A DNA stretch of 64,000 bases from the human T2T-CHM13v2.0 reference genome, Homo sapiens (GCF_009914755.1 NC_060940.1), one strand, 5' to 3'; counted from the first letter of the stretch, positions 1 to 11,540 are shown. The notes: a model not told the origin generated them from the sequence alone. Translations and numbers: made by a program.

Positions 1-239
1 TGACCACAGGTACTGTGGTGTTTGATTTAATGCATTCGTTATCTCAGGATTTGCTGCGCTTCTAGAGAAGTCCTGCAGACGAACCCGTCCTTGTATCACC
101 AGCGCCTAGCATGGTGCCTGGAAGAGGGTGGGTGCTTGATGCTTCTCGCAGTGAAGGAGCAGAAGCTTAGGTTCTGTACTAAGATGATGCTTATATTGTG
201 TAGCTAAAAGGGACCGTGCACACAACAGTGACAACATCA

Positions 240-405
240 GTAATAACGTTTACTGAGCGTCTCCTGTGTGAAGAGTCCCTGTGCTCAGTGCTCTATGAAT
301 GGCATTTAATCCACACAGCTTATGTGGCGAGCTCCAGCATCCTCCTCCATCTACAGATGGAAGCATGAGGCTGGAGAGAAGTGACTTGGTCCAGACCACA
401 CAGCA
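240..405 (-). mobile_element. MIR SINE
   Basis: Degenerate MIR core in reverse: ctccatctacagatggaagcatgaggctggagagaagtgacttg. Confidence 0.7.
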
Positions 406-1282
406 CGGGGCGGACCTGCGATGCTCACGGTAAAACTAGGGCAAGTTACTACTTGACTGATCTGCTTCTGTTCTAGAATCCGAACCCTCCTCAGCATTGT
501 TTCCAAATGATGGTGGTTTTCAAGCTCCAAACGCCCAGCTTACCTGGGCATAGAAGCCTTCCTGCCGGCCCTCCCGTGGGCCCCAGGGTCTTTGCACAGG
601 ATTTTCCACACACAGTACAAGTCTGGGTCTCGGCTGAATGAGCGAGCACGGGATTCCCACATGCCTGTAAGAGAATTGCTAAATTTGCTTCAAGCGGTGT
701 CACCCCCTCACTGCAGGTAGATCTAGTGAACTCAGGGAGAATCCACCGTGACCTACATCAGAAGGAAGTGGGACGGGGCGGTGGGTGGGGAAAACGCAAA
801 TGGCGCTCGCTGTGAATAGCAGTGTTGGAGAACATCACAGCCAGCAGTCGAGGATGAAAGGCATTTGATTTATAATAGACTCTCAAATTCACCCTGGTTC
901 TTACGAGTTATCGTGTCTCCTGAAACCTCGTGGGGGCATCCTGCTGCTGGGGCCAGGAGGCAGGGAATGGCAGCCCAGGGAAATGAGGAATCCCGATCCT
1001 TTTCTCTGAGTCAAGAGAAGACAGACTTGCCCTACTTCTCCCATGGTGTCCTGGGAGAGCAGGAAGAAGGCATGGAGAAGGATGCCTTGTTCGCCGGTGG
1101 CAGAAGCTCCCTCTCAATGCCAGGCAGGACAGAGCCAGCATGTAGGGCGGCGGTCCCTTTAGCAAGAGGATGAACTGGGCTGGAGGTGCACTCAGAAATC
1201 CACCCAGAGGGAGTTTTCCTTTTCATGACAGTTTTCCTGAGGCTTGGTGGGGAAGGAGAAGAAGCTCTCAGTTGCAGGCGGT

Positions 1283-1440
1283 TCATTCATTCACCCATTA
1301 ATTCATCTAACTAATAGTTACTGAGGGTCTGTGTCCCAGGAACCGAAGAAAGCACAGGTTACAGCAATGAGCGAACACAGTTGTGTGTCTCCTGCCTGCA
1401 GGTAGCTGCGGCCTCGTGGAGAAAATTGAAGTCAGATGAT
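1283..1440 (-). mobile_element. L2 3'-end fragment
   Basis: ttcattcattcacccattaattcatc...ttactgagggtctgtgtcccagg is typical of an L2 tail in reverse. Confidence 0.6.
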
Positions 1441-1555
1441 TATCGTGCGGGGTGAGAAAGGAGGGTGAGAACCAAGTGCTGTTCACTCATCATTCATTCA
1501 TTCTCTTGTTCAGGGGGTGTGGAGCACTGGATGGGAGCTAGACATCCCTCTAGAC

Positions 1556-1755
1556 CTGTGCTGGCTGGAAGAGTAGCCGCTGCCATGTATGGCTATTTAC
1601 ATTGAATTAAAATTAGACCAAAGTAAAAATTCAGCTTGTGAGGCACGTAGCCACACTTCAGTGCTCCGTAGCCACGCGTGGCGAACAGCTCTTGTACTGG
1701 AGAGTGCCGATGTAGAACATTCCCTGCATCGCGAGAGCTCCCTGGATGGTGCTGG
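1556..1755 (-). mobile_element. MER3 (hAT-Charlie MITE)
   Basis: tagcc...tggctatttacattgaattaaaatt...aaaaattcag...tagccacacttcagtgctc...tagaacattccctgcatcgcg resembles the MER3 consensus. Confidence 0.75.
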
Positions 1756-2390
1756 GCTGCAAAGGCCACTCCCCCGGGAGTGCACAGCCTTGCGGTATTA
1801 AAGACCGGCACATATTCTGTGACAGTACAGGGCAGTCTGGGCTGGGATGTGGGCACACAGATGTGGGATGGCCGAGCCATGCCTGGGCTCCCGGAGGCAG
1901 GGAGGTTTCAATGGTGTTTAAGTCAAGTGAGGAGGATCTGGGGCAGAGGAGGAGAGGGATAGCATATCTGGTAGAGGGAAGCACATATGTCAAGGCCTGG
2001 CCTCCAGAAAGAGAGACGGAAGGGGTTCAGCGCGGCTGGGTCGTAGACCATGTCATGTTTATGTGGCCGAGGGCATGGGGTGTGTGCAGCGAGGGTGACT
2101 CTGGAGGGGGACACAGACCAGCTCCTGCAGATGCTCTGCCATCTCTGCAGAAAGACCCCCGCTCCAGGCTCCCTGCTGGCCCTTCCAGTCAGATAGAGGG
2201 TCTTTGCAGGCCATCTCTTGCTGTGGGCACGCTGAGCAGAGGGTCCCAAAGCCAGTGACAACCAGTTCAGAGGAGGGCCTGGTTTGCGGGGTCAGGGCTG
2301 GACACCTTGCTCAGAGGGGTAGCTGGGCCTTGGAGACAAACTTACCGTTTCAGGCAAAAGCGAGGGTTTGCAGGTGGAGGGTGGGAAGCG

Positions 2391-2420
2391 GGGGAGGAGG
2401 AGGAGGAGGAGGAGGAAGGA
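2391..2420. repeat. (GGA)n microsatellite
   Basis: ggggaggaggaggaggaggaggaggaagga. Confidence 0.9.
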
Positions 2421-2910
2421 AGGGATCTCCTCAGAAGCCTGCAGGGTCCAGATTGAGTGTCCGTTAGTTCAGTGTACCCAAGAAAACACTTCAGGAAATG
2501 GCCCCTCTTCCCTTTGGGGAAGTGCAAGATGAAGAAGAATTGGAGAGGCTGGCTCACAGTTGTGGGGCAGTGAGGGGGAATTTGGCAGACACCGAAATTG
2601 GACACTGGGACCCTTGGCCTGGGACCAGCTTGTGCCCCAGGGCCAGGTGCTGTGGCAACAAAGGAATGCCCAGGGAGCCAGGCAGGCCTCTTCAGCTCTG
2701 CTCTTCCTGTCACCCGAGCAACTCGCAGCCTCTGATCCCAGCCTCCTCTGCAGCACGCCGGCAATCATGTCATGCTGTAAAGCTGTTGGAACAACTTCCA
2801 GATCATTACAGCGGCTGGCATTTATCTAGGGCTTACCTTGACCCAAGCATTGTAGTATATACATCATGATTTTTCAGCCTCAGCTCTACTGACATCTAAG
2901 GATGGATCAC

Positions 2911-3212
2911 TTTTTTTTTTTTTTTTTTTTGAGACAGGGTCTCCCTCTGTCCCTCAGGCTAGAGTGCAGTGGTACAATCATGGCGCACTGCAGCCTCGAC
3001 TTCCTGGGCTCAAGCGATTCTCCTCCCTCAGCCTCCTAAGTAGCTAGGACTACAGGCACAGGCCACCACTCCTGGCTAATTTTTAAAGTTTTTGTAGAGA
3101 TGGGGTCTCGTTTTGTTGTTCAGGCTGTTCTCGAACTCCTGAGCTGAAGCGGTCCTCTTGTCTCACCTGCCTCCCAAAGTGCTGGGATTACAGTGTGAGG
3201 CACCAGCCAGCT
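2911..3212 (-). mobile_element. Alu (AluJ-like)
   Basis: Poly-T followed by a reverse Alu body; tggatca flanks both ends (TSD). Confidence 0.93.
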
Positions 3213-3337
3213 GGATCAGTCTTTATTGCGGGCACTGTCCTGGGCATGGTAGGACATTTGGCACCATCCCTGGCCTCCACTCACTAGATGCCCACAGCAC
3301 CCTTCCACCCCAGTTGTGACAACCAAAAATGTCTCCA

Positions 3338-3648
3338 GGCCACGTGTGGTGGCATGCACCTGTAATTCCAGTTCCTTGGGAGGCTGAGGTGGGAGGATCA
3401 CTTGAAGCTAGGAGTTGGAGACCAGCCTCAGCAACATAGGGAGACCATGCCTCTACAAAAAAAAAAAGAAAAAAAAAAGCCAGGCATGGTGGTGTGTGCC
3501 TGTAGTCTTAGCTACGTGGGAGGCTGAGGCAGGAGGATTGCTTGAGGCCATGAGTTCAAGGCTGCAGTGAGCTACGATCATGCTGCTGCACTCCAGCCTG
3601 GGTGACAGAGCAAGATTCTGTCTCTGAAAAAAACAAAAAGGAAAAAGG
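3338..3648 (+). mobile_element. Alu (AluJ-like)
   Basis: ggccacgtgtggtggcatgcacctgtaattccag..., with a middle A-run and an A-rich tail. Confidence 0.93.
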
Positions 3649-4611
3649 AAGCTGTGTCTGGACATTGCCAAATGCCCCCCGTTGGGAACCACTGCTTTAC
3701 ACATTGACTCCTTCATTCTCATAGCAACCCATTTCACACACGAGGATTGACTTGGCACCACAGCTGGACCATTAGTGCTGAGGTTTGAACCCAGGTCTGT
3801 CTGCATGGGCCTGTACTCAGTTCCTGGATCTATTTTACTGCAGGCTTAGGTGGAAAGGGCGTGGCCCAAAGCCAGATGTGTAGTAGGTAGTCAGGGAAAG
3901 GGGCTTTTCTGATGATTTGTCACTGGCTTATTCAGTCAACAAACCAGACCCTAAGTGCAGGTTGCAGGATGAGGAGGGAGCCGGTCAACCTGCAGGAGCA
4001 CCTGGGTGACCAGCCTGAGGGTTGATGGAGCCATTTGTATTTCTTAGGCAATGATTAACCTGGTTGAGCTGGTAAATCATTCGATAGAACCTTACCCTGG
4101 AAAATGCCGGGCTTGCAAATGGGGGGCCGTTGGTTTCACATCTGCTGTTTCTTCATTGGACTTTGTCACCCATGAGGTCAGGAGCCAGCAGCCGAGGGCC
4201 GTTGGGAAATTCTCCTTGGGCAGATAGCTGCCACTTTTCCTTGCTAGCCCTGGAGTGCTGTACGTGCCCCAGGAAACTGTCCCATGTAGGGGATTTTCAT
4301 GGCTGGGCTCTGTGTGTGTTGGGGGCGGGGGGCGGAGGATATTGAAGAAGCGGCCCTGAGTGAAATGCCAGTGGTCCTGAGAGGCGGGGCTGAGACCTCC
4401 TCTTTATTTATTTGTCTTTGGAAATTGTACCATTCATGATGAAATCGCCCCTAAAGGACACAGGCAGCAAGGACTGGCCTTTGCTAGACCTGGTAAGCTG
4501 GGCAGACCGAGCCCAGAGCAGGGCCTGGGTGCCCCAGCAGGGCACAGGGTGCTGGCTGGTTCCTCTGAAGGCAACTGCGCGTTCTCTTCCCGTGTGGAGA
4601 AACCAGGCAAA

Positions 4612-4852
4612 TGTGTGTGTGCACGCGCGCGTGCATATGCCAGTGTGTATGTTTGTACATGTGTATTTGAATGTGTGTGTGCAGTGTGCTGTGTGTACAT
4701 GCTTGTGCATTTGCGTGTGTGTGTATGTGCACACAAGCCTGTGCCGTCCAAGTGCCCATGTGCATATTTAAATGCGCTCACCCGTGTGCGTGGGCAAATG
4801 TGTGCACATCTACATGTGTGTCAGAATTATTGTGCGTGTGCCTATGTGATGT
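4612..4852. repeat. Degenerate (TG)n / purine-pyrimidine alternating low-complexity tract
   Basis: tgtgtgtgtgcacgcgcgcgtgcatatgcc...tgtgtgtgtatgtgcacac. Confidence 0.85.
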
Positions 4853-4949
4853 GATTTCACCCCACCCCTATGGCTGTAGGACGAAGGCAGTACACACTGA
4901 GCACCCTGCCCATGCCCTCGGTAGCACTCCTTCTTTCCTTACTGTTCCA

Positions 4950-5100
4950 CAGTGGATACAGAGAGACCTGAATTTAATACCCAGCTTTGCCAGTTACTCA
5001 TTGCATGATCTGAGGCTGGTCATGCAAGCTCTCTGAGCCTCAGTCTTCTCATCCGTGAAATGGGAGAATAAGGAACAGCACTGGTGTGGAGTGGCATTGA
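4950..5100 (+). mobile_element. MIR SINE
   Basis: ctctctgagcctcagtcttctcatccgtgaaatgggagaataa core. Confidence 0.75.
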
Positions 5101-5611
5101 AGGTCATGGGTCATAGGTGTGTGTGTGGCTGGGGCCTGCCTTAGGTGGCAGTCAGTGATGGCATGCCCTCCCAGCTTTGGGAAGGTCTGGCCCTGTCCAT
5201 GGAGGTGCAGGAGGGTCGCAGGGCTTTAGTTGCTTCTTTCTGCTCATGCCCCCCTCCCACTCTTGGCTGGGAAACCTTGGCAGCATTGGGCAGGATGGTG
5301 TTGACAGGTCTTATCCCGTCAAAGAATGTCTATGTGGCTTCCACCCTCTGTGCTCTAGGTGTGGCCTGGGGTCACATGGCTGCTATTGCTAGGATAGACC
5401 AGGAGGACCCAGTGGAGCTGTTTGTGCTTCTGGAATCTACCTGATCAATTAGAAACTACTAGAAGGCTGAAGTCAGGGGCTTTGGTGACCTTGGCTTTTG
5501 CCCACTGGTGACCACAGCACTGTCATTCTGAAGTGATGCCTGGTTACAGCACATAGATTCTCCTTACACCCAGGAGAGGATGAAGAAAGTCCTAACCCCA
5601 TTCTGTGCCCT

Positions 5612-6050
5612 CCCCAGTTCCATCACACACACCCCAGTTCCATCACACACACCCCAGTTCCATCACACACACCCCAGTTCCGTCACATGCACCCCAGTTC
5701 CGTCACATATATCCCAGTTCCGTCACACACACCCCAGTCCCGTCACACGCACCCCAGTCCCGTCACACGCACCCCAGTCCCGTCACACGCACCCCAGTTC
5801 ATCACACGCACCCCAGTCCCGTCACACGCACCCCAGTCCCGTCACACGCACCCCAGTCCCGTCACACGCACCCCAGTTCCATCACATATATCCCAGTTCC
5901 ATCACACGCACCCCAGTTCCATCACACACACCCCAGTTCCATCACATATGTCCCAGTTCTATCACACGTACCCCAGTTCCATCACACGCACCCCAGTTCC
6001 ATCACACACACCCCAGTTTCATCACACACCCCAGTTCCATCACACACACC
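5612..6050. repeat. Minisatellite, 20-bp unit CCCCAGTYCCRTCACAYRCA, ~22 copies
   Basis: Directly visible tandem array; it produces the three overlapping His/Pro/Thr ORFs in the track. Confidence 0.97.
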
Positions 6051-6639
6051 CAGAGGGTTCTGAGTAACCATGGGCAACCAAAAGCCAGGAAAATGGGGGG
6101 ATTTCCTCTGCCTCCCAACTGTTTTCTGATTAGTCACTTCTAGCTAATTAGCAAGTGACAAATGGGACAATAAAGCTGAAAATATCCATTGGCTTCCTGG
6201 AATCCCAGCCACAGACATGGCAGATGGGACCTGGCTGAGAAGCAGAGAAATGAAAAAACATTTGGGGTCCTGAGGAAGGAAGCACAGAGGACCACGTCGG
6301 GCCAGCCATGTCAGTGTGTGGCTGTAGGTGGCTGCAGTGTGTGCCTCAAAGACACACTGGGGCCGTGTGCAGTATGTGGGAGCTGTGGGAACCTGCTCTG
6401 TCTTCCGTTTTCTCTCCACACTGTCTGGAAGAAGTGATTTCATCTCACAGTCATTTGGTGACTAAGGCAAACTTCCCCCATCCAAGGTGGAAATTGTCAC
6501 AGGGCCCTGGGGACATCATAGGGGTCTGTGTCCAAGGTGGCCTCTGCTTCCAGAGGTGGCTGAGGCCCCTGTTGTGGACAGTTCCCCTGGATGCATGTGG
6601 GTGACAGCTCCTGCTCCCATAGACAGTTCCCCATGCATC

Positions 6640-6890
6640 CTCAGATGGGTGAGGCTCTGCTGCTGTGACAAAGACTCCCCGGTCCAGGGACTTGAAACAA
6701 CTTTGTTCTTGCTCAGTCACCATGGACGCTGTTCCCCACCGGCAGTGTGCAGGGGGGCCCTGGCTGGTGGGGTCCTTCCACCTGGTGACTCTGCAGCCTC
6801 GGCGGCAGGGGCAGGGAGGACTGGGGAGCCCAGCGCTGGCAGCTGCATCCTTTGGCTTTAGGAGGGACTTGTGTGACATCCTCTGACATC
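6640..6890. mobile_element. Possible old MLT1-type MaLR LTR fragment
   Basis: gctgctgtgacaaagactcccc...ggacttgaaacaac...ttcttgctca resembles MLT1 termini; heavily diverged. Confidence 0.4.
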
Positions 6891-7087
6891 TGACTGTCCA
6901 GGCCCAGTTGTGTAGCGGTGGCCTGGCTGCAAGGGGGCAGGGAGTTGGAATCCTCCCCATACGTGGCAGTGGAAGGAAGCCAGAACTCTGTGCTCATTGG
7001 TAGTTGTCTGCCTGTCTCTGACGTCGGCTCACTTGGGCTGATAAGGGCTGGCTGGTGGTTCCCGAGGGTATCCTGTGTGTAGTGGGG

Positions 7088-7551
7088 ATGTTCTTTTCCT
7101 GTGGCCTCTGTGACATGTTCCTTCAAACCCAGTGGCTGAAAACCACACAGATCAATCATCTTACAGTCCTGGAGGTCAGAAATCCAAAACAGATCCCCCT
7201 GGGCTATGTTAGGTGGGCTATGTTAGGATGTTTTCTCCAGAGGTTCTAGGGGACAGAATCTCTTCCCATGCCTTTTTCAGCTTCTAGAGGCCACCTGCAT
7301 TCCTTGGCTTCTTGGCCCCTTCCTCCATCTTCAGAGCCACCTGTGTACCATCTCCCAGCCTCTCTCTGACCCTTTGCCTTCCTCTTTCATTGGGACCAAC
7401 TCGACAATCTGGGAGAATCTCCCATCTCAAGGTCCTTAATGGAACCACATCTGCAACGTCTCTTCTGCCATGTCAGATGGCACATTCCCAGGTTCTGGGG
7501 ATCAGGGCGAAGACATAGACATCTTTGGAGCTGCTCTTGTGCCTACCACCA
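7088..7551 (-). mobile_element. MLT1 (MLT1C/D-like) MaLR solo LTR
   Basis: tcttacagtcctggaggtcagaaatcc...cagcttctagaggccacctgcattccttggct...cccatctcaaggtccttaat...cacatctgca...cctaccac. Confidence 0.8.
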
Positions 7552-9469
7552 GGGGCCATCCTTAGTGGGAGAAGCCAGGCTACCTGCCTTCCTCCCTCCC
7601 TCTCTCTTTCTCTGGCTTTGTTCCTTCATTGCTGTGGCTGGGGACAGAGTGCACAAGAGGAATGAGGGCCCTGTCCTCATGGAGCTGCCAGTCCTTTCCA
7701 AGGGGAAGACTGACCTTCAGCAGAGACTTCCAGTGCAGGGGGTTTGGGAGTCCCCTCCCTGGGGGACAGGAAAGTCTCCTCTAAAGACGTGACTTGTCAG
7801 CTGCTGTCTGGGGATTGAGGAGGAGTTAGGGAGGTGAGGTGGGGATAAATGTTGTGAAGACCAGTTGCTCAGCCACGTGGGTCCCAGCACCCAGGGCCTG
7901 AGTCTCTGCTTGTTTCAGTCCCACTGTTTCTCAGTCTTCCCTCGTTTTCTTCCACCCTGACTGTGGCCTGCTCCGTTTCGCAGATTGCTCATCCCCATTC
8001 CCGCCCACTGCTTTTCTGGAAGATGAAGGGGCTGGCTTCCTGCGTCCTGGCCTGGGCACTGGAGCAGGCCATGCTCCCAGGAGGCAGGCGGGACCTGGCT
8101 GCAGGGATGTGGGAAATAGGACCCAGGACCGTATTTGCAAAAGCAACAAAGTTGAAAGCAGGACTGGGCAGGCTGGGTCGCTGTTTGCACTGGGGGAAGC
8201 GCTGGCCTCAGAGGTGCCTTCCTCCTCTCGGGCCAGAAAGGGTGATTGTTTCAGAGTCGTCTGATGAAGAGCATATATTCCAAACAGAGCCCCACTGCCT
8301 GTCCCGGCGCCAGCTTTGAACAGGGGAGGCAACTGTGACGCCCTGTGGCTCCTTTCACCCGGCAGTGGGGAGGGTGCTCAGGCCAAGGGGAGAGAGAGAG
8401 ACCTCTAAACACAGCCTGGAGAGGAAGGCTGGGCGTGCTCCGCCAGCTTCACACGCACCTCTCTTGGCCCTGCCAGATGCCATTTGTGTTTTCTCTTTCC
8501 CGTGCCCTCGCCCCTTGCCAAAAGCTATAGGCAGCATGGCCAAGATTCCTCTGTGGGGCAGGAAAAAGCAAAGAAGGAGGCATGAGCTTCTAATTAGCAA
8601 AGATAGACAAATTGCTGGTGGAGGGACCACCTTCAGCTTTGTGTGCAGACACGTGGCCCCCCTGGCCCTTTTATATTACGTGTCCACATTCTTTGGTGGT
8701 CTAACACCCTCCTAGGCACTGGAGCCACCATGCAAGCGTTTCCAGTGGGCTGTGAACAGAAAAGTAATTTTCCACATCAGAATCAAATACTCAACAGGAA
8801 GGCGAGGCTGCCCTGTGGTGGGCGGGACTTGGCCCTCTGTACTTTCCATTTAAGGCATTTAGAACAACAATAATTATTAAATAATCATTAAGTTAATTGT
8901 CTTCCTTGCCAAACTCATTGAGGGCGGATACCCAATAATACAATCAGTGCCTGATAAATGTATGTTGAGGGGAGTCTACCTTTCCATGAGAACTGAGTTT
9001 TATCTCTGAATTAACAAATGCCAGATGTGCAATTAGCATTCAGAGAAAATGCTCTCCTCTTCAAAAGGCACTTTAACCTGTTATTCTCTATCTGAGCTCA
9101 TTTAATGCAAGGAGAAGCTAAGGAGCAGAAAGATTCAGAGAAATATCCTGCTTCAGAGAGTTGGGCAGGAGATTCCTGTAGCATCCGTTCTGCTACTTCT
9201 CAGAACTGTGTGCCCTGGCAGACATCAATAATCAATCACCACTCTTTCCTGTTGAGCCCAGAGGCAGCTGCAGAACCGTTCACAACACACCTCCAGGAGG
9301 CCACTACCAGGTGCTTTAGAAGTTTGCAGAATCCCAGACTGGCAAATATGGGTGTATAATCGAATTCATGTTTACCTCCAGATTTCTACTTTCTGGCTCA
9401 GAGCTGTCCTTTCACTTTCTCATTTTCTTCATTCACCGCTGTCAGCAGGTGCCTTTTTTCCTGCAGCCA

Positions 9470-9620
9470 CTTCTCTGGCTGTGTGACCCTGGGCAGGCAA
9501 CTTTATTCTTCTCTGGGCCTCAGTTCTTTGTCTGTAGAATGGAGATAATCGTTATATCTGGTAAGACTCTGTGGGACCCAACGAAAGCATAGAGTGCTTA
9601 GCATCGTGTCTGCTAGGAAC
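9470..9620 (+). mobile_element. MIR SINE
   Basis: gctgtgtgaccctgggcaggc...ctctgggcctcagttctttgtctgtagaatggagataat. Confidence 0.75.
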
Positions 9621-10614
9621 TAACAGGCCCTGAAGAGATGATGGCAACTTTAAAATATATTTGTTTTCACTTTAATCTTCAGCAAATTGAAGCCCTGGCC
9701 GCAGGTGTCATTGGGCTGGAAGCTCCTAGGGATGCCCCCCAGAAGGGGGGGTTTTTCCTTGGTCCCTGGTAAGTCTGCCTCGACACACCCCTACAGTGGG
9801 AGGGGCACCAGCTGTCACCTTGGTGCCTCATCTGTGCCATCAGTCTTCCCAGCCACAGGGAACTTTCCCACACACGCAAGGCCTCATCTCGGGTCTGCAG
9901 AATCCAACAAAGAGCAGGAGGGCAAAGAAAGCCTGTCATCTCCTCTCTTGCAGAAATCCACAAGCAGCATTTCCGATGTTGTCATTGTTATAATAAGCAG
10001 CAGGCCTCATCCAGGGAGGGGAAACGTGATGGTGTGGTGCTGAGATAGATACCTCCAGTTGCTTTTCCCCTGAGTGGGTCACCATAGCTCTGGGGAAATC
10101 AAGAACCCCCCCTAGACTGTGGGAGTCCCCAAGTGACATCAGGCACAGCAGAAAGCCAGAGAGGAATCCGGACCCATGGGCAAAACAGACAGAAGAATTC
10201 ATGCTCTCAGCAGGGAATGGGGACAGTGAAAGCACACCTGCCCAGGTAACACACCCTACAGGATGCACACAGACTCAGTGTGCACAACAAAAGGGTCTAA
10301 GGCCTCATTCCCAGCTCAGCACATACACTGTCCGCTCCCTGTCCAAGAGGGCCTTGCCATTTGGGCATTTGGGGCCCGGACAGATCTGAGATGACCCCAT
10401 TTCCCTAGGCGGCCTGGCAGTGATGTGACCAAGTCTGTGAAGTCACCATCTTCATGGGTCCCCACCAGGGTATACTGTGCTCCCCAAAGCTAAATCAGGA
10501 AGGAGAAACGTCCCCACCTAAGCCTGGGGAGATCTCCAGCATAGATGAAACCCCTCCGGGCTGGTTATTGCCATTGGAGTGTGTCTGGTCTGCCCTGGTT
10601 GGGGGAGACTGATT

Positions 10615-10770
10615 CCTGCCAAGTGATTTTTCTCCCTGAACCTCAGTGTCCTCATCTCTAAAATGGATCCATAATAATACCCACCCCTGGGAGAGCTGTG
10701 AGCATGAGAGCTAGGGGTAAACCTTGGTATACAGGAAGTGTGCAATTAATAGGAGCTCCATTGTGACTGT
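10615..10770 (+). mobile_element. MIR SINE
   Basis: cctcagtgtcctcatctctaaaatggatccataataatacccacc. Confidence 0.75.
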
Positions 10771-11069
10771 TACTTTTCTTAGAATTTGAGTCCAGTCCTG
10801 GCCAAACAGAATCACCGTCTTCTCTGTCTGAAGCCATTTTTTCCCTGGAAAATGCAGACCCAGCGGTGAGCTATTTGTTCTCTCAGAGTTTCTGAGTCCT
10901 GGGAACTGAGGCCAGAGATCTCAGGAGTAGAACAGTCCACTTACCTGGCTGCACGTCATCTCATTTTGCTGTTACGGAACCTGTTCTAGCCCGGGTGGGG
11001 TGGAAGGCAGATGTTGGACTGGTTATTATGGGGGAATGCCTTCTGCTGCAGAAGGAGGTGGCGGCGGGC

Positions 11070-11540
11070 ACTAGGTTGCTTCCACCTTTTGGCTACTTAG
11101 AGTAATGCTTCTCTGAACACGGGTGCGCTGGTGTCCCTTTTAAAAGTCCCTATTTTTCATTCTTCTGCATATATAGCTAGGAGTAAAATTGATGGATCAT
11201 ATAGTAACTTGGCTGCACCCTTTTATATTCGCGCCAACAATGCGTGAAGGTTGTGATTTCTCCACAATGTGCCAACGATTACTATTTTCCGTTGTTTTAT
11301 CAGTGGCCCTCCTAATGGGCATGAGGCAGTGTCTCCAGAGACAGAAGGTGGAATCATGGTAACCACAGGTAGAAGGAAGGGGAGCCGGGAGTTGGTGTTC
11401 GATGGGGACAGAGTTTGAGTTTGGGAAGATGAGAAAGCTCTGGAGGCCGACAGTGGCGATGGTTGCACAGCAGTGTGGATGGACCAAATGCCACTGAACC
11501 GTACACTTAAATGGTTAAAATGGCTAAATTGGACATCACT
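11070..11540. mobile_element. L1M(B-like) 3'-end with 5' inversion (reverse piece 11070-11332, forward piece 11333-11540)
   Basis: The reverse piece matches the L1 ORF2-end/3'UTR (tggagaaatcacaaccttcacgcattgttggc...). The forward piece matches the terminal 3'UTR (agagacagaaggtggaatcatggtaacc...ggttgcacagcagtgtg...gtacacttaaatggtt). Confidence 0.7.

Larger units (their letters stand above)
2866..3697 (-). mobile_element. MER20 (hAT-Charlie) split by two Alu insertions
   Basis: Pieces at ~2866-2909, 3213-3337 (catccctggcctccactcactagatgcc...gttgtgacaaccaaaaatgtctccag) and 3655-3697 (gacattgccaaatgcccc...gaaccactg). Confidence 0.8.

Noticed and set aside
5580-6143. His/Pro/Thr-rich ORFs in three frames
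   Set aside because: Artefact of the 20-bp minisatellite.
7201-7228. 14-bp direct duplication gggctatgttagg (and a 12-bp one at ~63915-63938)
   Set aside because: Ordinary slippage micro-duplications inside old LTR sequence.
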